Position numbers and translations under genes: made by a program
Part shown: piece after piece, positions 1 through 11,136 of the stretch
How the letters are laid out: each line of letters starts with the position of its first letter
Position numbering within the stretch: the first letter of the stretch is position 1
DNA from: Marsupella aquatica
Lineage: Eukaryota; Plantae; Marchantiophyta
Length of the DNA: 64,000 nt
Reading direction: 5' to 3'
NCBI GenBank assembly: GCA_973895155.1
Contig: OZ316892.1
Location: 23,879,971 to 23,943,970, forward strand
Notes under the pieces: model-generated
What the model saw: the letters and a program-made list of their open reading frames with translations, nothing else
Told to the model about the DNA's origin: nothing
Databases searched by the model: none

Positions 1-789
1 CGACCATGCGCGTGTTAGTATTTTATAATAAAGGTTTAACTTTCAATATTTGTCTGTTTCAGAATGGATCCTACCGGAACTTCAAAGCGGAAAAGAGACT
101 CGTCTAAAGCTGCTTCTCGTAAGAAAACCAAGACAAAAATGACTCCCACGGAGACATCCATACTTGCATATCGAGGAAAGTCAATCAGAGAGAGAACAAC
201 GGAGACAAAGAGTATCCATCTCTTCGAATCGACTGAGATATCCAATTTTGGAATAGTCATTCGCAATGGGGCTGTCCGTCTTGTGGTGGCAAGAAATGAT
301 AAAGCTACAGTTTTGGAGAGATCAAAAATTCTTGGGTGTTTCTTTGAGAAGAACATGAAAGTTAAAAAGTGTACAGAGGGATTGGTTTTGCTAGTCAGCG
401 ACAACCAGAAGGAAGACAAAATAAGCATTTGTTTGGATCGAACGCAATATGTAACCTTCAATCAGCCCAGAATCGATGATCTACTAGGTGCAAGGCACGC
501 CTTGGAAAAGGTTACTAGTGTGGATATCCTTCCGATCTAGAGGGATCAACGGGAGATTTGATTTGTCAATACATTATTGACGTACTTGAGTTCCAGAGAG
601 TTCCTTTCAACCAGGGATTTTTCTTGGGAAAGGCCCCGCTAGTGAGCAAGGTTGAAGTATACTCGGTGGAGAATCTTCCGAAATTAATTACCTCAGCGAA
701 TGTCGGGGCTCTGTTTGATTCTTTCCTCAAAGAATATAGTGCTGTGAATATATTTAACAGCAAGTCATTTTTTGTTGAGACATCACGTT

Positions 790-1217
790 GTCATCTTGCA
801 CCGGACCACATCAAGTGCCGAGAGTGGAATCAGGATTACACAGATAGGCTAAAGAATTCACTCCTCTCTCATTCGGCTATAAAGTTTGAGAAGCGATGCT
901 GCTTTTTAGTCCCTGTGAAGTGGGTTCAGTCGGAGGCCGACAGAGATCCTGACTACAATGGGGCGCCCTACGATTCATCGCCAAAGGAGGAGGACATTAT
1001 GACCAGTCATTTCTGGATACTCGAAGGCCAGCACACAATAATGGCATACAAATTGCTGAGAGAGGACGACAAAGTCAGCCAAGTTGTACGAGACGCTTGC
1101 GGTACTGTAGAAGCTGTAATGTTTTGGGCAACGCTCAACAACGACAATAATGTTCATTTGATGGGATTATCGAAAGCTCTGAACCACTGTCATCAAACAT
1201 CAATGGAAGAAGGATAG
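790..1217 (+). pseudogene. ParB/sulfiredoxin-like domain
   Basis: CREWNQDYTDRLKNSL...FLVPV...HFWILEGQHTIMAYKLL fits the ParB/Srx pattern R..v..L..S...y.iidGqHR..A, with T in place of the conserved R. Confidence 0.6.
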
Positions 1218-2199
1218 TTTCTCACCATTGTACGACAGTGTCGTAATATCTAGAACTCATTTGGGCGGCCTGGATCACATTATCGTCATCCAAATTGGAA
1301 GGTATATAAATAACCCTCTTTGATCACATTATCGTTTAAACTGTTGTCACGCGAACGGTCACGTCAAGCTTAAAATTGTCATGTTTCCATTGTTTTTCAG
1401 GTATTTATGAGAGCTACGAGTTTTGTTTGCCCATGGGCTCAAATGGGGAAGAACAAAATGATGAAATTTGGAGAATTGGCTCCATTTCTCTTTACAATGG
1501 AGGACGAAACATTCAAGAAGTGGATGGAGGTCTACGAACTATCAAGGACAGGAGAGCTTGTAATTTACAACAGAATTTTACAGAGGGACGCCGTCAAAAT
1601 TGCGGATAATCCATGTGCTTATCATCTTCTGAAGAAGACGTTCCATTCTTGTCAAGGGTGCTCAGACTCGGTTCTTTGAAAGGCAATGGAATATATGTTG
1701 AGCGAAAGACTGTCTATACTCAAAAACCGAAGCATCAAAGTGAAATCTGGGAAGGCGAGGAAGTCCTCTGAGGCTCCAGTGTTGTCAACGACCAGCATGA
1801 GTTTGGAGCAATTATGTATAAAGAAGAAGACAAAAGTTGAGTTTGAGATTTTATTATTGAGTAAACTCAACGGGGATACATCCACCCGGACGGAGCTGAA
1901 AAGTCTGACAGATTCAGCGCAAAAATTGCGGGTCAACAAAATGATTGATCGCTTTAAGCTCGACAAGATGGTGCTGAAGCAGTTGAGAGATGCGTTGAGT
2001 GGTTATCTGAAGAAGTGTTTAAATGTAAATATTAGTAATGATATTTTGTTGAAGGAGATCGACCCGATATTCTACAGGGTGGTGGAAGGAATACAGAAAT
2101 CAGTTGATAGTCAAGGAAACCAACTAGTGCGGCCGATCGGTGAGAGGCTGAAATTGCGATCCCTATAGGATATACAAACTGTTGGGTTTGCAGACTATA

Positions 2200-2830
2200 T
2201 CATACGTGAAGACAAGAACCTTGCAAGCTTGATTTATTTTGATCCCTGTCCGCCAAATTGCTCATTCTATGAGGGGTTATTTTGTGCTACTAGCAAGATA
2301 GGGGCAAAACCACACCATGTGGTTATTATTGTAGCCTCTCCCGTTGAGTCTTACTTAATCAAACGGGAATTAGGGAAGTACACACACTACGTTGTTGTAG
2401 ATAGCCATTATATTCAGAAGTGGCCGAAGGAGAAGAAGCTTATTGTGACCTACGCTTTTCACAGCTTGGCCTTCAGCACAGTGGGCGATCCACAAGCCCT
2501 CGAGTTCCAATTGGTCTCCAAATATCAGATTGAGAAGATAGCCAATTTTGAAGAGAGCAGCGAGTTCGCGACACCTTCCCTAGAAAAGATACTTCCATTC
2601 TTTGAAAGTATTGTTAGTCAATTCGTCCAATGTGGGGAATGGGCTATATGCTTCGGTGAGGGAACGAACTTGATCCAGTGCTTAATGGTAAGTTTTGAGA
2701 TTTATATTTTGGGGTTTCGATTTAAAGATTATTTAGATTATTATACTCTCAATTAATATTGTGAACTAATTTTGGCTCTTTTTACAGGATGCTGGATCCA
2801 ATGTAAAATATTATTGCCCTGTGGCAACGC
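2200..2830 (+). pseudogene. Degenerate beta-class N6A/N4C DNA methyltransferase-like domain
   Basis: LIYFDPCP (motif IV-like, cf. LIYIDPPY) followed ~110 aa later by TPSLEKILPFFESIVSQFVQCGEWAICFGEGT (motif X/I-like, cf. PTQKP..L.ERII..SS..GD.VLDPF.GSGT). The motif order is that of the beta class. Confidence 0.4.
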
Positions 2831-3499
2831 ATAGGGAGTTGTCTTGTTTCTTGCAACACACCACGGCGACAATTGATACAACGCTGTCATTAATTGACCC
2901 AGTATGGGCTAGTATAGAAAAATGTATAGATAAATTAATGAAGTACCGTCCATCCGTAACTGCTCTCAGGGCTGATGTTTTGGATGTCCTCCACGAACAA
3001 GATATCCCTGATAATATTTGTAATCAATTATTGCAAGAGTATTCACTCTCTGAAGATTTCGATCGATTGTACATTCGACCAACGGAGTACCCTAGTGGGC
3101 CAATCCAAGGTAAGTTACTTTTGAAACCTCTTACTTTTTATTGCGTCACGCGAACATGCGCGTGGACATTCATAACATTTCTTTTCACGCGAATATGCGC
3201 GTGAGTCATTCTTATCAAATGATCTGATTTTATTCAGATCAAGTCGACTGCGGCTTCAATGTTGAGGATGTAGGGAGCAATGGTGATGCGGATGGTGACG
3301 CGGAAGGTGACGCGGATGGGGATGTCAATGACCAAGATCCAGAGTGGATGACCGATACGCAGAACGACGTCGGAGATTCCAACAATAGAGCAGATGAAGA
3401 GAGTGACGGAGAGGAGATGAAGGACGCTGAGGAAGAGGACGAGGAGATGGAGGGTTCTGAGGACGCTAAGGACTCTGATGAAGAGGCCACACAGGAGCC

Positions 3500-4140
3500 T
3501 CGACATGAGGTGGACCGAGAGGAGGCGGCCCGGCTGGAGGAGGCCCGGCAGGAGGCAGCCCGGTAGGAGGAGCTTCAAAAGAAGGATGCAGCCCGGCAAA
3601 AGAAGCTTCAAAAGGAGGCAGCCCGGCAGGAGGAGGCCAGAGAGGAGGCGGCCTGGCAGGAGGCGCTTCAAAAGAAGGAGGCGGCCCGACAGGAGGCAGC
3701 CCGGCAAGAGGAGCTTCAAAAGAAGGAGGCGGCCCGGCAGGAGGAGGCGTCCCGACAAGAGGCGGCCCGGCAAGAGGAGCTTCAAAAGAAGGAGGCTAAG
3801 AAGAAAAAGGCAGCAGCTAGAAAAGCAACTGCCGCGAAGAAGAAGGAGAAAGCCCAGGCTGAGAAAGCCCAGGCTAAGAAAGCGGAGGCTGAGAAAGCGG
3901 AGGCGGAGGCTGAGAAAGCCCAGGCTGAGAAAGCGCAGGCTGAGAAAGCGGAGGCCGAGAAAGCCCAGGCTGAGAAAGCCCAGGCTGAGAAAGCGCAGGC
4001 TGAGAAAGCGGAGACCGAGAAAGCCCAGGCTGAGAAAGCCCAGGCGGAGAAAGCCCAAGCGGAGAAAGCCCAAGCGGAGAAATCGGAGGCCGAGAATGCG
4101 GAGGCTAAGAACGCGGAGGCTGAGAACGCGGAGGCTGCAA
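3500..4140 (+). repeat. Coding low-complexity repeats (EAARQEELQKK units; 15-bp GAGAAAGCCCAGGCT = EKAQA units)
   Basis: Tandem arrays visible directly in the sequence. Confidence 0.95.
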
Positions 4141-5156
4141 GAGTCCTTTTAGTGACAGAGGGAAATAGGGCCAAGGCGGAGAGTGTGGCGGTTGAGAGGC
4201 TGCTGGCCGAGAGGATGGCGGACGAGACCGCAAGACCGGAGAGGGTGGAGGCGGAGAAGTTGGAGGCAGAAAAGGTCGATTCCGCAAGACTGGAGAGAGA
4301 AGAAGCCGCAAGACTGGAGGCAGCGAGGAAGGAGGCCGAGAGGGCCAAGGATCTTTTGCTTATTCCTGAGGCACAATGTCTACCAAAAATAAGGCTAAAT
4401 TTGAAGAAGCCTTCTTCACCTCAGTTGCAGTTAAGAAGAAAATATTAGACTATTTTCTTCGACCGGAGTTTGAATTTAACAATCCACCCTTAAGTACGGT
4501 CTCATTGGATGATTGGAATAAATATTCACCGGAGCAGCTCCGAGTCCAGGCAGTCCTTGCTTTGCAATATTGGAAGGGTCTTTTGATTACCGAGGAGAAG
4601 ACTGCCACTGCATCCAGAATGGAGACAATCATCAATAATGTCCGCTTTTCCGAGAATCGAGTGCAAGACCTGAGAACGTTTTTGGCACCAGACTTGGCTC
4701 AAGTCGTTAAGAGACTAACAGCTGACTTGACACGACCGGGTTTGTGGTCTCGACCTCGATATATTGCAGAGGTCACTCACGTAGAAATTGTGGCACCGGA
4801 TATTTTGGAATCGGATTCCCAGATTGTGGAATATTTGAATCAAATGCCACAACCATTTGAAGGTCTTCCCGCCATGTCACTCCAACCTTCGCAAACTGGT
4901 CCGGTGGAGCGATCACTGCGGTCTCGAGGAGGGCTGAAGGATGTTGTTGCGATTGAGGCACCCAAGAGATCAGCTGCAAAAAGGCCGGATCCACCCAATC
5001 CAAAGGTCATTTGCAAGCTATAAGCTTAAAGTTTCTATTATAGACGTCATTATTTTATTATTGATTTGTTATTGTTTCTGTTTTCTGAGGTATAACCCTT
5101 AGGCTACAACCTCAGTACGCTATTTGAAGGCGTACTGAAATCTCTATTTTTTGCAG

Positions 5157-5850
5157 TTTTTTGAAAATTTGGCTAGTCGAATAGATCAATGCCTTGATCC
5201 TTCTAAGGATATGGAAGAGCTATTGACCAAGTTCTTACAACACTCGATCAAGAGGAAACATATGATGTGTCTAAGACCGCGTGAGTTGCTCACCAATGAT
5301 ATAATTAACGCTTATTTGAGTTTTCTTGAACTGATTCTCGATAGAGTTGGAAACTCAGACCTTGTCAAATTCTTCCAAACACACCATTTTGAGCTTCTCT
5401 CCATGGATCCTACCATTTTTGACGAGGAGAGAGTAGCTTGGACAAAGGAGTTTTCGCTAAAAATCAGTGAATACGACAAACTGGTCTTTCCAGTACACAA
5501 TGCTTTTAAGAACATTGGTCATTGGTAGTCTTGTATCCGAAGGAGAAACGGCTGGAGTACCTAGATTCTTTAGTTCATAATCGACAAAATCCCGGGGTGC
5601 TAGATATTGTTGGGAAGTACTACACCGACAAAATTGGCTGGAGAACTGGTGTCAACTTGGATCTCTCAGGTTGGGAACGGATATATCGGAATGATATTCC
5701 TCACCAGAGTGACGGCCACAATTGTGGTGTGTTTATCTTGAGATACGCCAAATGCTTGTGTCAAGGAAACAAAATTAATTTTGTCACGGATCAAATTGAG
5801 AAATTCCGTAGGGAGATAGTCTTGTCGTTATTTGACATGGACTTTCGCAA
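5157..5850 (+). pseudogene. Ulp1/SENP-family (C48) SUMO protease domain, frameshifted
   Basis: LRPRELLTNDIINAYL, FPVH..GHW, EYLDSL and PHQSDGHNCGVFILRYA give the H-D-Q-C catalytic set. Frameshift near 5525. Confidence 0.9.
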
Positions 5851-6199
5851 GCCAACGTCCGCAAGTAACCTAGTTACCGGGATCCGTGCTACTATGATTG
5901 ACATTTCTGACGAAATTCCAGCACTGAATGACCGTCTTGTACAAGTAATACACTTCATTTCAGTGTCTCTCTTTGTAGTCACGCGACCGTTCGCGTTATA
6001 AACTTATTTTCATTTCTTAATGTTTTACAAAAGCCTATCCCGAAACCCCCTGATCGAGTATCGAAGGCACCAGTCCGAAAGTCCGGTGATCGTCCAAAGG
6101 CGGAAAACAAACAGACCGTTCTAGTACGTTCTCCAAACCCTGCGACACAAAAATCATAGGTACAGATGGCGTCTAATCCATTGGCAAAGAAGTCACCGG

Positions 6200-8090
6200 T
6201 TCAGAAGAGACTTGTAATTTTTGATCTGAATCGGGTACTTATCTGGTCAGAGAAGATTAGCCCTGGGATGCCCATTCGGTCAAGGGGTGTGAGACAGATG
6301 CACAAGGTTATCTATCCAAGGCCTGATTTAATGGAATTTCTTGAGAAGGTGGCAGATCTATACGACATTGCGATCTGGTCGTGCATGTTCAAACGGAATA
6401 TTCTATCTTGTGTAAGGCTGATACTTTGACCCGAAGTTTTGAAACGTATTAAATTTATATGGGGACAAGAATCAACTCGACTTATTGGGAAGAATAATAA
6501 TGACATCCCCTTATTTGTCAAATGTCTCTCCGACATTGCCGCCGATATTAAAGATTAAAACATTGAGAATGTCATTCTTATCGATGACGTTGCATATAAG
6601 ACGAGCCTTAATGACTTCTATTCATCGCTGTATCCCGATGCATATTCTGGGCTCGATGATGACCTATTTTTTAGAAAGAAACTATATCCATATCTATGCG
6701 ACATGTCAATTGACAAGTTGACATTCTGCAAGCTCCTTAGTGGATATGGGATTCCAACGTTCTCTCAAGAAAATCTTGAGAAAGATTATATTGATAAGAC
6801 GAATCTTTGGAGGAGAAATATGATCATTCGTAATCAGAGGAATAAAAGACCATTTAGAAAAGTTTGACGAATTTATGAAATACTTATCTACCGAAAAAGA
6901 CCGTGCTATAGAAGCCCGGGATAAGTCCAATAAGTAAACATTTATTGTTTATTATCAATTATTATTTATAATTTGATTGAAATTGAACTTTATATTTTGG
7001 GAGTGACGCGCCCGGTCACGTGGTTGTTTGCAATTGCATAATATGAGAATTGAATTGTTCATTTACAGGTGTCTAAGTGGAGCAGGTCGCGTCAACTTCT
7101 AGTTTTAGGACTGGAAAACTTCCTATGCTCTGTTTCAAAATATACTCCTCAGCTCAACTCGACACCCGAAATTCGTATCGGATCTCTATGTGTCGTTCCG
7201 AGGCTGCATCTTCATGATCTTATAAAATTCTGTTATGATCATTTTGATGTGATGGTCTGATCTATTCTCGACGATAAACTGGTTTATCAGATACTTTCAG
7301 AAGTGTTGTCAAGCATCAACCTGTCGTAGCTGATATATGTGTTCACGCGGGATCATTGCTGGAATCTTGGTTATGTGAAGAAAAATTATAAGACTGTTGT
7401 CTTCAAATCTATCGAGAGACTACGTGATATGTTTCAAGATTATCGACCAGAGAATATAATCCAGATTGATGCCTGTCCTTCCCATACATGCCAAACAGCT
7501 GTATGCGGATTATTGTTCGCTAAGTTGTTTCAAGGATTCTTGAGATTCTATTTTGAGAATTTCAATGTAGGGATCTGGTCCTCTCTTGGGAAGAACCTTT
7601 TAGATCAGATTTTAGCATCTATTTTTACTGCGATGGAAATGGACTCATTTAAGTATATTTGGGATTAGTCTCATTGTTACTTATGCGATAGGGTGACATC
7701 AAATAAGCGGATATTTTTGAAGTGTTTTGAGAAGGTTGGAATTTATACGAAGGCGTACCTGCAGAAAAATATAATGCTTATCAAATCCGATGCATTTCAT
7801 GCTTGTTTAGATCCTGTTGTTGGATCATTATTTCCGCCCAAATATTTTGGGTCGGTCGATGACAGTTTTCTGATTAACTTGCTGATTCCATATCTTAGCA
7901 AGCTAGCCAACTCTTGTGAGCCGCTTGTCATTGCCAATGGAAGAGATTATCCAGATTGGTCAGTTAAATCTATTTTTAGAGATTATGATTATAATCATAC
8001 TCTATGGGAAGACCCTGTGATTCAGAGGCATGAAGATAGATATCTAGTAGAGCAATTTAACAGACGCTTCCAAAATAATAGTCGGCATGA
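6200..8090 (+). pseudogene. Three tandem FCP1/NIF-like HAD phosphatase domains, increasingly degenerate
   Basis: KRLVIFDLNRVL...IYPRPDLMEFL...DIAIWS...IWGQE...ENVILIDD. Second copy QLLVLGLENFL...PRLHLHDLI...FKSIERL...ENIIQIDACP. Third copy NVGIWSS...YIWD...FLKCFEKV...NIMLIKSD. Confidence 0.75.
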
Positions 8091-8561
8091 GATCAGATTA
8101 ATTTGTATTGTCATTCTAGAAACTATTTGTAAACTCCTTATATACTGGTTATCATATATAAAGGATCTCAAAGATTTATTTCTCTATTATTATTATTTGC
8201 GTGAGCATGTCTCTTGGTCCCGTCAAGTTGGATTGGTTAAAATGTGACGTTGCAGTCATTTTCAAGGTTTCACACGCAGCCACGCATCATGCCGCCCCCT
8301 TTTTATTAAAATAATAATATTTAGTGATTTTCGGAATTTCCAAAGTTTGGTTTTCCTTAAGTTGGGGTTAATAGGGTCTTTTAAATTCAATTTTGAGACT
8401 TATAAGAACATTAGGGTCTTTTTAATCCAATTTTTAGATATTCCAAGAATATTCCAACTTTATAAGGGTTAAAAAATAATTTTTTTCTTACATTTTAGGG
8501 GGTCCGAGGCCTAAAAATGTCGCAGGCGATGGGGAGGTCCCCATATAGTGAGACCCCCGAG

Positions 8562-8633
8562 TCTTTGACTTGGACTCCAGCTTGGATCGAAGCTGGGAAG
8601 GTGTAAGCACATATTAAGCATCACATCCAAAAA
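8562..8633 (-). pseudogene. 72-bp copia integrase C-terminal (SH3-like) remnant between elements A and B
   Basis: Reverse strand reads FGCDA-YVLTPSQLRSKLESKSK (with a small indel), continuing ...TDYSHLRIFG from 24854. Confidence 0.85.
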
Positions 8634-9724
8634 CCCTGGCCCCTCAGTCCTAGTAAAATATCCAGACCCCCCTGCGATCGGCCTCCCTCTTGGTGCCCCT
8701 TCTTAATATTTTTTTGGTAATTTAAATTTCTCTTGTTACTTCTAAAAATCCACATTTTGACCTTTGTTTATATCCTTTAGTTTTTATAAAAGGAGAAATT
8801 GAGATAATTTAATTCACCTTGTTCGGTTATAAAAAAATTAGTTCAAAATACAAGGAAAACACACAAAGCTAACTATGATGAAAATACTTGTATACTTTTA
8901 TTATCAAAGTCTCTTTGGTATAGAGAATTCACTTATGTATTTTCTAGAATTGTATGAAAGAGAACAATCATGCTATTAATAACTAGAAGTAAATATTGCC
9001 GAGCTGCTCTAGCAACCTTGTTTAAATTTTAGATTTCCTACATCTAGCCTCCATCGTTATTAGATGCTCTGTTAAGCAAAGCTTTGCAGGCCAAAAAATT
9101 TGATTGTAAAAGTGAGCTGGCACAACAACACACATATGCTTAGATATTTCAATCCTAACTATCCTACATAGCCCCTTCACACCTGACTCTACAATAGGAA
9201 CCACAACATCACAAGCTTCTAAGCCTTATCAAATTCAGACTCATCATCACAATGAACTTCAATCACTTTGGCTTCATCCCCTACAGGTTTCCTTTGTGCG
9301 GGAACTTCAATCACTTTGGCATCATCCCCTACAGGTTTCCTCTTTGCAGATCTCCAAATTCCTTTTCTCACTCTGCCTCTTGGTATTGCAGGGCTTCCAA
9401 GATCACGTCCGCACTTCTTGTTGACTCGAGTTAACACCATTTTTTGATTGTAATAGACCACAAGCTGATGTCAATAACCTGATCCACAATGGACCAAACC
9501 ATATTATATCAGCAATATGAACTTAGCAAATCAAAGAATTGAAATGACATACTATATTGAAGAGTGCAAGAAGTCACGTTGTAGGTAGGGTTTACCGATG
9601 AATTGCAGATGAAATGAATAAATTATGTACCCTTCCTTACTGCCTTCCCTGCAACCAAACAATGTTTTTCCCACTATGAGATGGAAGTCTAGGGTAGGGA
9701 TGTACCTTGGGCAACTCCACCTGA

Positions 9725-10269
9725 TTACACTATGTTGTTCCTTACAAAATTGTCGAGGGCAAGTACATCATCTGGATGTAACTTAAAAACTGAAGGATAC
9801 AAGGGATCAACTGTGAAATTGACTGTTGATATGACACAGTCCAAGTCGATGGTCTGAGGATCACATATATTGTAGGCAAATTTATGCCTACGAGTGCCAA
9901 TAGGAGTAAACCAATTGAAGACAACTTGACACCTTGCTTCAGAACCAGGCCTATCTAGCAGATCTAGTGCTTCTCTTGATCTGGCAATGGTACCCCCATA
10001 CTTCCGATGTATGCTCTGTACTCTACCAATCCACCAACCATATTTTGGACCAGGAGTAGAAGATGCAGGTACTGCTTCACCTCTTGGCCTTCTAGGATTC
10101 TGCACCAACTATTTCTTTTTTCCCCCTTGACCCTTCCCTTTTGGTGCTCTAGAATTGGCCTCTGTGTTTTGAGTAGTTCTGACCTCTTCTATTTCATCCA
10201 AAAAGAATACCCCACAATCACTACCGACTGTCATGAACATAGTTGCAACTCCTTCACGAAATGTGGGTT
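9725..10269 (-). pseudogene. C-terminal part of the element B transposase, separated by the 10270-14532 insert
   Basis: Removing the insert and one TSD copy joins ...SIYFNNLVDKP in frame to TFREGVATMFMTVGSDCGVFF...WWIGRVQSIHRK. One internal stop at 10109-10111. Confidence 0.8.
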
Positions 10270-10574
10270 TGTGACGGGGTCCCCGTCTTGAAAGGTCACC
10301 ATTAGGTGTTATTGGAAAGATGCATGTAAATAAATAAGCCAATATACACAATAGTTTTTCAATTTTTTTAAGTTAATCATCCCGGTGTGTGTTCATGTTG
10401 CTCTGGAGGGTCGGGGCTATTTGAACCCGGGAGGAACAATTTTTTTAATTGACCCTTTTCTCCCTTGGGTCTTGTCGTTGTGGGAGAAGAAAATTAGGCA
10501 TCTTAAGGGGATACCACCCATTAATATTTGGAGACCCCGGCAGTTTTTCTTGGCCCTGGTATAATATGGCAGAG

Positions 10575-10770
10575 GAGCCCACCAGCCGTGGGGCGCGAGA
10601 CGGAGGGCCGCCCCGCGAGTAGGCGGAGCCCCGAAAGGGTCTGCCGGGGCGTAAGCAAGGGGCAGCCAGGGAGGAAGAGCCCGCGAGCCGTGGGGCGTGA
10701 GACGGAGGGCTGCCTGGCGAGTAGGCGGAGCCCCGAAAGGCTCTGCCGGGGCGTAAGCGAGGTGGCAGCC
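10575..10770. repeat. GC-rich tandem duplication, ~104-bp unit x2
   Basis: GCCGTGGGGCGYGAGACGGAGGGC...GAGTAGGCGGAGCCCCGAAAGG occurs at ~10584 and ~10687. Confidence 0.85.
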
Positions 10771-11136
10771 GCATGGAAGTTGACTCTGGGTAACACGGGG
10801 AGGATCGGGAATTCCCTCCCCTTTGTTTTTTTCTTTGGTTTTTTTTTTCTTTGCTTCCTTCTCCGCGCGCGCAACTCCTTTCTTGGCCGAAGCACTCTGC
10901 CCTCATTTCCAAAAGCAATTTCCCCAATGTCGGAAGCTCTCTACCAGCTCTTACACTTATTTTTGAAGCTCTTTCTCATGGTCAATTGTTGGGGCTTGTG
11001 GGCATGATTCTTCCGGGCATTAGCGGCAGCAGCACGGAGTGGCTTCTGAGGGAATTGAGGGTAATTGATTGATTGGGATATAGGGGCCATTTTGGGCCAA
11101 GGGATTGACATTGCTACGGGTGACGGGATTTGGTGA

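Larger units (their letters stand above)
64..8100 (+). pseudogene. Large decayed multi-exon cargo gene of element A (ParB-like / DNA methylase-like / acidic and EKAQA repeat coiled coil / Ulp1 protease / 3x FCP1-like)
   Basis: Co-oriented ORF fragments separated by single TAG/TGA stops, frameshifts and AT-rich GT..AG introns (~1302-1400, 2688-2788, 3110-3238, ~5006-5156, ~5946-6032, ~6934-7068). Confidence 0.7.
1..8561. mobile_element. Right part of large TIR DNA transposon (element A); left end lies upstream of the window
   Basis: 8372-8561 is nearly identical to 43606-43798, the right end of a 297-bp element with TIRs and an 8-bp TSD. Similarity stops at ...GTGAGACCCCCGAG (8561), after which copia integrase sequence begins. 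Confidence 0.85.

Noticed and set aside
3234-4348. Long R/K-rich and L/S/A-rich ORFs (3478-4152 +, 3234-4073 -, 3782-4348 -)
   Set aside because: Alternative-frame shadows of the EAARQE/EKAQA coding repeat.
8531-8561. GC hairpin near the element end suggesting a Helitron 3' terminus
   Set aside because: No CTRR end, and the sister copy has TIRs and an 8-bp TSD, which Helitrons do not make.
10445-11007. Overlapping 120-160 aa ORFs on both strands
   Set aside because: Products of a GC-rich tandem duplication; no protein motifs.
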